Assembly (NCBI GenBank): GCA_965219685.1
Contig: CBDCOH010000002.1
Coordinates: 3,616,001-3,680,000, forward strand
Direction of reading: 5' to 3'
Length of the DNA: 64,000 nt
Source of the DNA: Candidatus Spongiisociaceae bacterium
GTDB lineage: Bacteria > Actinomycetota > Acidimicrobiia > Spongiisociales > Spongiisociaceae
Positions 1 through 8,860 of this stretch are shown here, piece after piece; position 1 is the stretch's first letter, and the number at the start of each line of letters is the position of its first letter. The notes beneath the pieces are model-generated. The model saw only the letters and a program-made list of their open reading frames with translations, searched no databases and was not told the DNA's origin. The translations under genes were made by a program, and so were the position numbers.

Positions 1-2
1 CG

Positions 3-1034
3 GTGCCGGCGGATCAACTAGGACCCACCCTGATGCACGAGCACGTCCTCGTCGACCTCACCTGCTACTGGAGCGAGCCCGAGGATCCCGCCGACCGCCA
101 ATTGGCCCGGGTCAAAGTGGCCGAGGTGAGCCGTTACACGATCCTCGGTACGCCGGTGGGGCGCTCCACGATGATGATCCTCGACAACCTGGTGTGCGAC
201 GATGTGCGGATGGCCGCCGAAGAACTCCGGCACTTCGGGAATGCCGGAGGGGGGACCATCGTCGACCTGACCATGGACGGGATCGGCACCGGCCCGGAGC
301 GCCGGCGCGATGTCCTGGGGGTTCGGGAGGTGTCTTCCCGCTCCGGTGTCCACATAGTGGCGGGGACTGGCTACTACGTACACCTGTCCCATCCGGATCA
401 TGTGGCCTCGTCGAGCGTTGCCGAACTCGCCGGCGGGATGGTGACCGAGCTGGAGGAGGGCATCGCGGGTACCGGGGTGAAGGCGGGGATCATCGGGGAG
501 ATCGGCCTTTCGGCTGAGCCGCACCCCGACGAACTCAAGGTCCTTGACGCGGCCGCGGTGGCGTCGCTGGAGACCGGGTTCACGATCAACCTGCACATCG
601 AGCCGGGTTCTCCCACCGGGCATCACGCCGCCCGGCGGCTGCTCGATCGATCCGTCCCGCCCGGGCGTATCGTGGTCGGCCACGTGGACGGTTTCATCGA
701 CAGGGACTACCTGTACACCCTCCTGTCGCTGGGAGTCACGATCGAGTTCGAGGGTTTCCATCTGGACGGATGGCAGGGAGGCCGGTTCGGTTTCGACAGC
801 GCCACCGACGCGGAGCGGATCGACATGATCGCCCGCCTTGTCGAAGAGGGCTACGCAACGCAGATCGTCCTGGCCCAGGACCTGTGTACCAAGCAGATGT
901 ACCGCCGCTACGGCGGTGTGGGCTACGACTTCGTACCCGCCGGGGTGGTGCCCCGCCTGCAAGACGCGGGCGTTCCCCCCTCCGCCATCGACACGATGCT
1001 GATCCACAACCCCGCCAGACTCCTGAGCCGCTGA
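3..1034 (+). CDS. Phosphotriesterase-family (PTER/PHP-like) amidohydrolase #1, probably 5'-truncated by the window edge
   Basis: LGPTLMHEH, GGGTIVDLT, GVKAGIIGEIG, GHVD, LAQDLC and YGGVGY...NPARLL motifs; the usual N-terminal 'TVxG' is missing, so the start is likely upstream of base 1. Confidence 0.9.
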   Translation: MPADQLGPTLMHEHVLVDLTCYWSEPEDPADRQLARVKVAEVSRYTILGTPVGRSTMMILDNLVCDDVRMAAEELRHFGNAGGGTIVDLTMDGIGTGPERRRDVLGVREVSSRSGVHIVAGTGYYVHLSHPDHVASSSVAELAGGMVTELEEGIAGTGVKAGIIGEIGLSAEPHPDELKVLDAAAVASLETGFTINLHIEPGSPTGHHAARRLLDRSVPPGRIVVGHVDGFIDRDYLYTLLSLGVTIEFEGFHLDGWQGGRFGFDSATDAERIDMIARLVEEGYATQIVLAQDLCTKQMYRRYGGVGYDFVPAGVVPRLQDAGVPPSAIDTMLIHNPARLLSR

Positions 1035-1414
1035 CGGGTCACGGTCACAACGCCTATACCTGCTGTCGTAATCGCTTCTACAGCTGCTAAACGCCCACCC
1101 CGTGAGATGCATGGTCCTTGATGGAGGCGCCTCCGAACTGATGCAAATGAAACATTCCACCGGGTACGTAACAGCTGCCAAAGCGGCCTGTGCTAACCGT
1201 GAAGGGTGGAGATGGAGTGAAAGTTCCTCCACGGCTTCATCCACCCTTGTTTGGGAACGCCTCCAAAGTTAGATGCTGTCAATATCGCGTCACCGGTGAC
1301 GACATAACCGAGAGTTATGCACAAGTTTTTTTGGGCATTCCGGGACCCGCCAGCAAGGGCGACCGTATACTCGATTTCGTGTCCCTAGAGGCGTCACGAC
1401 GATTGGAGGATGCC

Positions 1415-3406
1415 ATGGCAGACCACCGGAACCGACGATCTACACAGCGCGGACGGGGACGATTCTCCGGCCCGGTCTCCATTCTGGCCCTGCTACTGGC
1501 GCTAGCGCTGGTGGCGGCGGCCTGCGGCGAGGACGCGTCGGTGGACGAGGTGGCCGACGCGCAGGCACAGGCTGCGGCCGCCCAGTCTGAAGCGGCGACG
1601 GCTCAGGCGGAAGCGGAAGCGGCGGCGGCGGCGCTGGCCCAGGCTCAAGCCGACCTGGAAGCAGCCGAGGCTGCGGCCTCCGCAGCCATGGAGGGGGACG
1701 AGGCCTCCCAGTCGGAGTTGGCCGCCGCGCAGGCTGCCCTTGAGGAAGCCGAGCAAAGGGCCGCGGAGGCGGTTGAAGCTTCCGAGGCGGCGCTGGCCGC
1801 CGCGGAGTCCGCTCTCGAAGAGGCCGAGCAGATGCTCGACGAGGCGATGGAGGAAGAGGAGGCGGCGCCTGCCACCACCGAGGCGATGATGGAGGAGGAG
1901 ATGGGGACGGTCACCATCGCGGTGCCCACCGACATCGCCACCTTCGACCCCAACGGTGTGACCGGGGTCCGCGACCTCGACATGTACATCAACCTGTACT
2001 CCGGCCTGACCCGCCACAGTGTGATACCTTCGGCGCTCGCCGAGGGCCACTACGAGTGGGACCGGGTGGAGGTCGATCCCAACCTGGCCGAGTCGATCGA
2101 CATATCCGACGATGGCACCGTCTACACCTTCAAGATCCGGGAAGGTTTGAGCTTCCCGAGCGGGAACCCCTTGACAGCCAAGGACTTCCACTACTCGTGG
2201 GAGCGCGGCCTGGCCCACACCGGCAGCATCACGGACTTCGAACTCGGCGTGATCGAAGTATCCGACATGAACCAGGTGGAGGTGCTCGACGACTACACGC
2301 TGCAGGTGACCCTGCCGCGGCCCAACCCCAGGGTTCTGCGGGTGCTGTCCCTGTCGGTCATGTCGGCCGTCGACTCCGAACTGCTCAAGTCGGAGGCCAC
2401 CGACGACGACCCCTGGGCGGATGAGTACGCCCGGAACAACCCGGCCGGGTACGGCCCGTACGTGCTGGTGGAGCGGGAAGTAGGCACCCGGATGGTGTTC
2501 GAACCCAACCCCGACTGGTGGGATTCCGAATCGGCAGGCCAGTCGAGGATCGTCTACCAGGTGGTTCCGGAGGAGGCCCAGCGGCTGCTGCTGGTCCAGC
2601 AGGGCGCCATCGATCTGGCCTACGCCATGTCGGCCCGGACCGCCCAGCGAGCCGGAGACGACGTGCAGGTCCTCGACTTCCCGACCTTCGCCCAGCGGTA
2701 CCTGGGCCTGAACCAGACCAAGGCGCCGTACAACATCCTGGAGGTCCGCCAGGCGATCGCCTACGCGATCGACTACGAACGGATCATCGCCGAGGTCTAC
2801 TTCGGTAGCTCCCAGCGCCTGCTCTCGCCTTTCCCGACCGGCCATCAAGGCTGGAGGGATTCGTGGCCGTACAGCCCGGACATCGAAAGGGCCAAGGCCC
2901 TGCTGGCCGAGGCCGGCTATCCGGACGGGTTCGACGCCGAGATGCTCGTTTACGGCGACCTGCCCGAGATCGAGGCGTCCACGGTGCTGATCCAGAGTGA
3001 CTTGGAGAAGATCGGGATCAACCTCGGGGCCCGCAGCGTCACCGGAGCGGAGTTCTTCGGGCTGGTGACTCCGGGGACCGACGACTTCGACATGGCGATC
3101 ATCCCGTGCACGCCCTGGCTGCCCGAGGTCTGGTACACGTCGAACCTGCTGCTCCATTCGGGCACGACCTGTTCGATCACCTACAACAATCCCGTGGTGG
3201 ACGCGCTGGTCCAGGACATGAAGGCGGCGGCCACGACCGAGGAAGCCATCCCTCCGGCCCAACGAGCCCAGGAACTGTGGGAGCAGGACGTCGGGTTCAT
3301 CCCGATCGCCCAGCCCAACCAGGTCCAGATCCTGAGCAAGGACCTCAAGGGCTTCCTGCTGACCAACGAGGACGAGTCGGTGTACTTCGCCTATCTCCAT
3401 AAGTGA
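1415..3406 (+). CDS. ABC transporter substrate-binding lipoprotein, family 5 (Dpp/Opp-like), with an Ala/Glu-rich N-terminal stalk
   Basis: ATG 1415 with GGAGGA RBS at 1405-1410; lipobox LVAAACG; PNLAES..SDDG.VYTFKIR, GYGPY and VRQAIAYAID signatures. Confidence 0.9.
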   Translation: MADHRNRRSTQRGRGRFSGPVSILALLLALALVAAACGEDASVDEVADAQAQAAAAQSEAATAQAEAEAAAAALAQAQADLEAAEAAASAAMEGDEASQSELAAAQAALEEAEQRAAEAVEASEAALAAAESALEEAEQMLDEAMEEEEAAPATTEAMMEEEMGTVTIAVPTDIATFDPNGVTGVRDLDMYINLYSGLTRHSVIPSALAEGHYEWDRVEVDPNLAESIDISDDGTVYTFKIREGLSFPSGNPLTAKDFHYSWERGLAHTGSITDFELGVIEVSDMNQVEVLDDYTLQVTLPRPNPRVLRVLSLSVMSAVDSELLKSEATDDDPWADEYARNNPAGYGPYVLVEREVGTRMVFEPNPDWWDSESAGQSRIVYQVVPEEAQRLLLVQQGAIDLAYAMSARTAQRAGDDVQVLDFPTFAQRYLGLNQTKAPYNILEVRQAIAYAIDYERIIAEVYFGSSQRLLSPFPTGHQGWRDSWPYSPDIERAKALLAEAGYPDGFDAEMLVYGDLPEIEASTVLIQSDLEKIGINLGARSVTGAEFFGLVTPGTDDFDMAIIPCTPWLPEVWYTSNLLLHSGTTCSITYNNPVVDALVQDMKAAATTEEAIPPAQRAQELWEQDVGFIPIAQPNQVQILSKDLKGFLLTNEDESVYFAYLHK

Positions 3407-3424
3407 TAGGACGCATGCATGAAC

Positions 3425-3458
3425 GGAATGGGTTCGGGCTGTTGCCCGGGCCCATTCC
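3425..3458 (+). terminator. Hairpin after the SBP gene (attenuating or mRNA-stabilising)
   Basis: GGAATGGGTTCGGGC-tgtt-GCCCGGGCCCATTCC inverted repeat directly after the SBP stop; no U-tract. Confidence 0.5.
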
Positions 3459-3578
3459 TCCATTGCGTGAGAGTTGATCTGTCCGCCGAAAGCCGGCGCG
3501 CCTGGCTCCGGAGCGCGGATTCACATCGCAGGCGGGATGGGCCGCGGGTCGCGCATGCGGACCGCTAGCTTCTAGCCG

Positions 3579-4598
3579 ATGAGGAACCTGGGTGTCTTCA
3601 TAGCGAGACGATTGCTGATCGTCATCCCGATGCTGTTCATCGTCAGCATCCTCACCTTCGTGATCCTGCGGGTGATCCCGGCCGATCCCGTGGCTCTGAT
3701 CGTCGGCATAAACCGCACTCCCGAGCGGGTCGAGTTCGTCACCCGCCAGTTGGGTCTGGACAAGCCGATGCCGGAGCAGTTCGTGATCTGGATGGGCGAT
3801 GTCCTGCGGGGCGACCTGGGGACCGCCTGGCACACCGGCCAAGCGGTCACCACCGATCTCGCCGACCGCATACCCGCATCGGTCGAACTTGCCTTCCTGG
3901 CTCTGCTCATCGCGGTGCCGGGCGGCCTCGCCACCGGGGTCATAGCGGCCCGGTACCGGGACCGCTTCGCCGACTTCGGGCTGCGTTTCTCGTCGCTGCT
4001 GGCCATCGCCACACCGGAGTTCCTGTTCGGGATCTTCGCCATCTGGCTGTTCTTCGCCGTGCTGAACTGGGCGCCCGCCCCCCTGGGGAGGATCGAGTTC
4101 GGGATCTCGGCGCCCGAGGCCATCACCGGGCTATACATCGTCGACAGCATCCTGACCCGCAATACCGAGGCGCTGGTCTCCTCGCTCCGCTCGATCGCGT
4201 TACCCGCCATCAGTCTGGGGGTCATCCTCTCGGGAGGCTTCCAACGGTTCACCAGGGCGACGATGGTCGAATCCCTGAGTTCGGATGCGGTGCTCTCGGC
4301 GCGAGGTCACGGCTTGCCCAACCGGCTCGTGTTCTACAAGTACGCGCTGAAGCAAGCCCTGTTGGTGGTCGTACCGGTTTTCGGCATCGTGGTGGCTTAC
4401 GCCATCGGTGGCCTCGTGGCGATCGAGAGGATCTTCTCGTGGCCGGGGGTGGGCCGCTACGCCCTGGAGGCGGCCGGCAAGGCGGATCTGAATGCCGTCC
4501 AGGGTTTCGTGCTCTTCTCGGTGGTGCTCTACGTCGCCCTGAACCTCCTCGTGGACATAGTCCAGGCGATCATCGATCCGAGGATCGAGTACCGATGA
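3579..4598 (+). CDS. Dpp/Opp-type ABC permease (DppB-like)
   Basis: PADPV..LGLDKP..QF..W..GDLG, EAA-like loop ARGHGL, ERIFSWPGVG. Confidence 0.9.
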   Translation: MRNLGVFIARRLLIVIPMLFIVSILTFVILRVIPADPVALIVGINRTPERVEFVTRQLGLDKPMPEQFVIWMGDVLRGDLGTAWHTGQAVTTDLADRIPASVELAFLALLIAVPGGLATGVIAARYRDRFADFGLRFSSLLAIATPEFLFGIFAIWLFFAVLNWAPAPLGRIEFGISAPEAITGLYIVDSILTRNTEALVSSLRSIALPAISLGVILSGGFQRFTRATMVESLSSDAVLSARGHGLPNRLVFYKYALKQALLVVVPVFGIVVAYAIGGLVAIERIFSWPGVGRYALEAAGKADLNAVQGFVLFSVVLYVALNLLVDIVQAIIDPRIEYR

Positions 4599-5464
4599 CA
4601 GCCGTCGGCGCGACCCGGGAGAGGACCGGTCTGACCGTTCGCCTCAAACGGATCTGGCGGTACCCGTCGCTGGTCGTCGGGCTCGTCATGTTCTCCCCGA
4701 TCCTGCTGGGTTCGATCATCGTGCCCTTCATCAGTCCCCACGGTCCGACCGAGTCGGTGGCGGGCCGCCAATTGCTCCCGCCCAGTTCCGAACATCTCTT
4801 CGGCACCGACCTGTTCGGCATGGACATCATGACCCGCATCTTCGCCGGCGGGCGCTACGACCTGGGCGTGGCCATGGTTGCCGCGGCGATCGGCATGAGC
4901 GTGGGGGTGATCATCGGGGGCTTCTCCGGATACATCGGAGGGCGCTTCGACGAGTTGGTCAGCCGGGTGATCGAAGCCCTCCAGTCGTTCCCCCCCTTCA
5001 TCATCGCCCTGGCGGTCGTGTCGGTGCTGGGCAATTCGCTAGCGGTCCTGACCGGTGTCATCGCCCTCATACAGCTCACCTACTACGTGCGGACCATGCG
5101 GGCCCAGGCCTTCTCGATTCGCGAGCGGGCCTTCGTGGAGAGTGCCCGTGCTATAGGGCTGCGCACTCCCGCCATCGTGTTCCGCCACATCATTCCCAAT
5201 GGGGTCCGCCCTCTGATCATCCAGCTGATGATCAATGTGGGAGGCGCCATCCTGATCATCTCCCTGCTGGGTTTCCTCGGACTCGGAGCCCAGGTGCCCA
5301 CCCCCGAGTGGGGCTCGATGATCTCGATCGGCCTGGAGACGGCCATCACCGGTGAGTGGTGGGTCTGGGCCTTCCCCGGCTCGGCGATCATCATCACGGT
5401 TATCTCTCTCAACCTGATCGGCGACGGCCTCCGCGACGTTCTCGATCCACGGCAGGGCGGCTAG
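4595..5464 (+). CDS. Dpp/Opp-type ABC permease (DppC-like)
   Basis: ATGA overlap with the upstream stop; HLFGTD.FG.D, FVESARAIG, HIIPN, LGFLGLG..PTPEWG, GDGLRD.LDP. Confidence 0.9.
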   Translation: MTAVGATRERTGLTVRLKRIWRYPSLVVGLVMFSPILLGSIIVPFISPHGPTESVAGRQLLPPSSEHLFGTDLFGMDIMTRIFAGGRYDLGVAMVAAAIGMSVGVIIGGFSGYIGGRFDELVSRVIEALQSFPPFIIALAVVSVLGNSLAVLTGVIALIQLTYYVRTMRAQAFSIRERAFVESARAIGLRTPAIVFRHIIPNGVRPLIIQLMINVGGAILIISLLGFLGLGAQVPTPEWGSMISIGLETAITGEWWVWAFPGSAIIITVISLNLIGDGLRDVLDPRQGG

Positions 5465-5468
5465 CGCG

Positions 5469-6422
5469 ATGCCCCTTCTCTCCATCCGCGATCTCGACAT
5501 CGAACTGCGGCACCAGGAGCGGTTCGGATACGCAGTGCGCCGGCTGAGCCTCGACATCGAGGCCGGCGAGATCGTGGGCCTGGTGGGCGAGTCGGGTTCC
5601 GGCAAGAGCCTGACCGCCCGGGCCGTGATGGGGCTGCTCCCGAGCGCGGCCTCGGCGGCCAGGGGCCAGATCATCTTCGACGGTGTGGACCTGCTGACCC
5701 TCGACGAGGAGGGGATGGAACAGGTACGCGGGCACCGGATCGGCGTCATGTTCCAGAACCCCCGGGAGAGTCTCAACCCCGTGTTCACCGTGGGGGACCA
5801 GCTGAGGACCATCTTCCGCAGGATCCGCGGTCAGGACAGGCGCAAGGCCCGGGAGGAGGCGCGCCGGATGTTGCTCTCGCTGGGCCTGCGCGAGGTGGAC
5901 CGCGTGCTGGCCAGTTATCCGCACCAACTCAGCGGCGGCATGGCCCAGCGGGCCCTCCTCGCTCTGACCTTGGCATGCGACCCGGAACTGCTCATCGCCG
6001 ACGAGCCGGCCACCGGTCTCGACGCCGCTACCCAGACCCGACTGTTCGTCGAGATCGGCCGGGTCATCAAGGAGACCGGGAAGACGGCCATCGTGATCAC
6101 CCACGACATCAGCCTCGTGAGCGGCATCTGCGACTCGGTGGCGGTCATGTACAGCGGCCAGGTGGTCGAGCGGGGGACGGTCACCGACGTGGGCGCCCGA
6201 CCCCTCCATCCATACTCGAACGGCCTGTTGAAAGCGGCCGATTTCGCCGACGAAGGGGGGAGGGCCAGCTTCATCCCCGGCGCGCCGCCGGACCCGTTCA
6301 CGCCCGCCGGCGGGTGTCCCTTCCATCCCCGCTGCCCGCAAGCGTTCGAGCCCTGCCCCGACGTGGTACCCGTGGGAACCACGACCGATGGTCGCCAGGT
6401 GAGATGTCACCTGTATGAGTGA
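5469..6422 (+). CDS. Oligopeptide-type ABC ATPase (DppD-like)
   Basis: Walker A GESGSGKS, YPHQLSGG, LIADEP, HPY and C-terminal GCPFHPRC cluster. Confidence 0.92.
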   Translation: MPLLSIRDLDIELRHQERFGYAVRRLSLDIEAGEIVGLVGESGSGKSLTARAVMGLLPSAASAARGQIIFDGVDLLTLDEEGMEQVRGHRIGVMFQNPRESLNPVFTVGDQLRTIFRRIRGQDRRKAREEARRMLLSLGLREVDRVLASYPHQLSGGMAQRALLALTLACDPELLIADEPATGLDAATQTRLFVEIGRVIKETGKTAIVITHDISLVSGICDSVAVMYSGQVVERGTVTDVGARPLHPYSNGLLKAADFADEGGRASFIPGAPPDPFTPAGGCPFHPRCPQAFEPCPDVVPVGTTTDGRQVRCHLYE

Positions 6423-7431
6423 CCTGCTCGAGGTCCAGGGTCTGACCAAGGTCTTCGCCGGGGCCGGTACCTTCTGGTCGCGCCGTTCCCCGACGATTGC
6501 GGTGGAGGACGTGTCGATCCGCCTCGCCAAGGGCGAGACCCTGGCCGTGGTGGGTGAGTCCGGCAGCGGGAAGACGACGTTGGGCCGTTGCATCCTGCGC
6601 CTCGTGGAGCCCACCGCCGGAGTGGTCGTCTTCGAGGGAACCGACATCCTCCCCCTGCGGACCAAGGAGCTGAAAGGGTTCCGTCGCAAGGCGCAGATGG
6701 TGTTCCAGAACCCGCAGGGTTCGCTTGATCCCCGGATGCGGGTCGCCTCCATAGTGGCCCAGCCGATCAAGCACCATGAGGGGCTCTCCGGTTCCGAGTT
6801 GGAGGGCCGGGTGCTCGAGGCGCTCCGGGCGGTGGGTCTGGGCGAGTCGGAACTGCCCAAATACCCCCACGAGATGAGCGGCGGCCAGCAGCAGCGGGTG
6901 GCGATCGCCCGGGCCGTCGGCACCCGTCCCGACCTCTTGGTGCTCGACGAGCCGACCTCGGCTCTGGACGCCTCCATCCAGGGCCAGATAATCGCCCTGC
7001 TCGACGATCTCCGGGATGCGTACGAGATGAGCTACCTGTTCATCTCCCACGACCTGCGGCTCGTGCGGGCCCATTCTGACCGGACCGCGGTCATGTATAA
7101 GGGGAGGCTGGTCGAGTTGGGGGCCACGGCCGACGTGTTCGCCAACCCGAGACACCCCTACATGCGGCTCTTGGAGGAACTTATCCCCACCGTGCCGGCC
7201 AATCCCGTCGCCCCCGCGGCCGCGAGCTTCCTGATGGACGACACCTCGGACCGCCCCGACGTGGGCTGCGTGTTCAGGAACCGCTGCCCGGCCGCCACCA
7301 TCGAGTGCGAATCCCCCCAGGAACTGGTTCCGTCCGGTGCCGACCACCGGGCTGCCTGCTGGCGCCACACCGACCCGGCCTTCGACCAGGAGTGGGAACA
7401 CCTCATAGGAGACGCCCTGAAGGATCTCTGA
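6415..7431 (+). CDS. Oligopeptide-type ABC ATPase (DppF-like)
   Basis: GESGSGKT, MSGGQQQR, LDEPTSALD, HPY, GCVFRNRC. Confidence 0.92.
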   Translation: MSDLLEVQGLTKVFAGAGTFWSRRSPTIAVEDVSIRLAKGETLAVVGESGSGKTTLGRCILRLVEPTAGVVVFEGTDILPLRTKELKGFRRKAQMVFQNPQGSLDPRMRVASIVAQPIKHHEGLSGSELEGRVLEALRAVGLGESELPKYPHEMSGGQQQRVAIARAVGTRPDLLVLDEPTSALDASIQGQIIALLDDLRDAYEMSYLFISHDLRLVRAHSDRTAVMYKGRLVELGATADVFANPRHPYMRLLEELIPTVPANPVAPAAASFLMDDTSDRPDVGCVFRNRCPAATIECESPQELVPSGADHRAACWRHTDPAFDQEWEHLIGDALKDL

Positions 7432-7497
7432 TCCGTCTTTGGGCTGGCGCTCGCGGGCGACCAACTGGGCTCTACACCGTGTTCTGAGAATTTGTCC

Positions 7498-8310
7498 CTA
7501 GCCCTCGGCCAAGCAGTCTGCGAGATACAGGGTTATCCAGAAGACACCAAGACCGAGATCATCCGGGGCCTGGACAGCGCCAACTCCAACAAACCGGAAG
7601 TGAGGGTCAGCGATGTAGGGGACTCCGAGTTCTTGCCTCTTCTCAACAATGTATCCAACAACTCCATCCGCTGCTTCCCCTGCGGTCTTGTCGTAGTCGG
7701 TCGGAGTCACGTCGCTGGGTGCCGCCAAGAGACCGCGGTAGCTGAATTGCCTCACCTGGGGAGATTCGACGACGTGAGCAGCCGTAGCCCCACATGCGGT
7801 GTCAAGTGATGGTGCTACAGCCAGCACTTGACTCTGCGCCATCGAGCGGCTGTGCTGAGTCGCCGGATCGTCCAGGCTCGGAGCGCGAACGAGCCTCTCG
7901 AGGCCGCCTGCCGATCGCGCCTGATTGATGTGCGCCACTATCTCGTCTTCCAGTACTCCGGCGTCGATCAACGGGAGAGCCTTCCCGTGTTTCGTGATGT
8001 AATGCGAAGCCGAGGTGGAGGTCGGCGTAGGAGCGGGATCCTCAGCCGGCGGGACAGTAGGACGAGCGAAGGGGAGGGTAGACGTAGGAAGGGGCTGGGC
8101 CTGCGACGAGGGCTGCAAGCCAGAGATGATCGGGGCAACTTTGTCCCGCGCCGACTAGACGCCCCATCCCAGCGCTACCAGCAGGATGAGTACCCCCATC
8201 CGCCCCCATCCGCCCCTGGCCGGGGGAGTCCCGCCTGACCCATCCCTCTGGCACTTCACGCAGGTACAGGCAGGCGGATGGTCGTAGTACCAGTGAGCTC
8301 GGTTCGCCAT
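7498..8310 (-). pseudogene. Membrane-anchored CAP/SCP-like domain protein interrupted by one in-frame TAG (8155-8157)
   Basis: The frame continues upstream of the listed ORF: ATG 8310 MANRAHWYYDHPPACTCVKC...MGVLILLVALGWGV*SARDK...Pro/Thr linker...INQAR..GL..L...A.QHS.SMA...F..VGVG (CAP-like). Confidence 0.6.
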
Positions 8311-8466
8311 CTGCTAGTCCTGATTTCTCCATGTTTGCCGTCATATCCACCGGCAAAGAGCCACGTTAAAGACTCGTTCCGCGTCAACCTTGCCGGTGAA
8401 GGTGCCTGTACCAGGTAAACACGCCGAGAAGCTCTCTCCCGGCCTATTAACCCCGTACCAGCCTCC

Positions 8467-8859
8467 TGATTCGGTCTGGTCCAGCCGAGCCTGCTCGCGT
8501 GGCCGCTGGAGTCTGCACCAATCCAGGCATCGTTCCACCGTCCGGCCTCCTCGAGGACGACCTGGCTCGGTACTTCGGTAGCGAGCCGGTGTTGGCGGCT
8601 TCGACCATCTCGTTGGCGTCGGCCAGGGTGAGAATGTCCGGTGAGGCTGCCTAGACCTCCATGTGGTTGGGCAGTGCGGCCCGCATGGTCCTAACCTGCT
8701 CCACCGTTTGCAAAGAGGTCGTTGGCGGTCTTGCCGGAGTCGGCACCCGACCCAACCACCACCCGCCAGGCATCCTCCAGCGTCCCCGGACTGTGCCCTA
8801 TCTCGGGGACTCGATTGATTGTCTTGGGTTCATCACATCAGGGTTCTCGCACTTGGCCC
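8467..8859 (-). pseudogene. Decayed duplicate of the 3' ~390 bp of the deoC-like gene
   Basis: Colinear with 12327-12729 (hand count about 17 mismatches in a ~113-nt core); VKAAS has become V*AAS (TAG 8651-8653); small indels. Confidence 0.85.
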
Positions 8860-8860
8860 A

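Noticed and set aside
8155-8157. Pyrrolysine or amber recoding
   Set aside because: Many genes here end in TAG, there are no pyl genes, and the position is non-catalytic.
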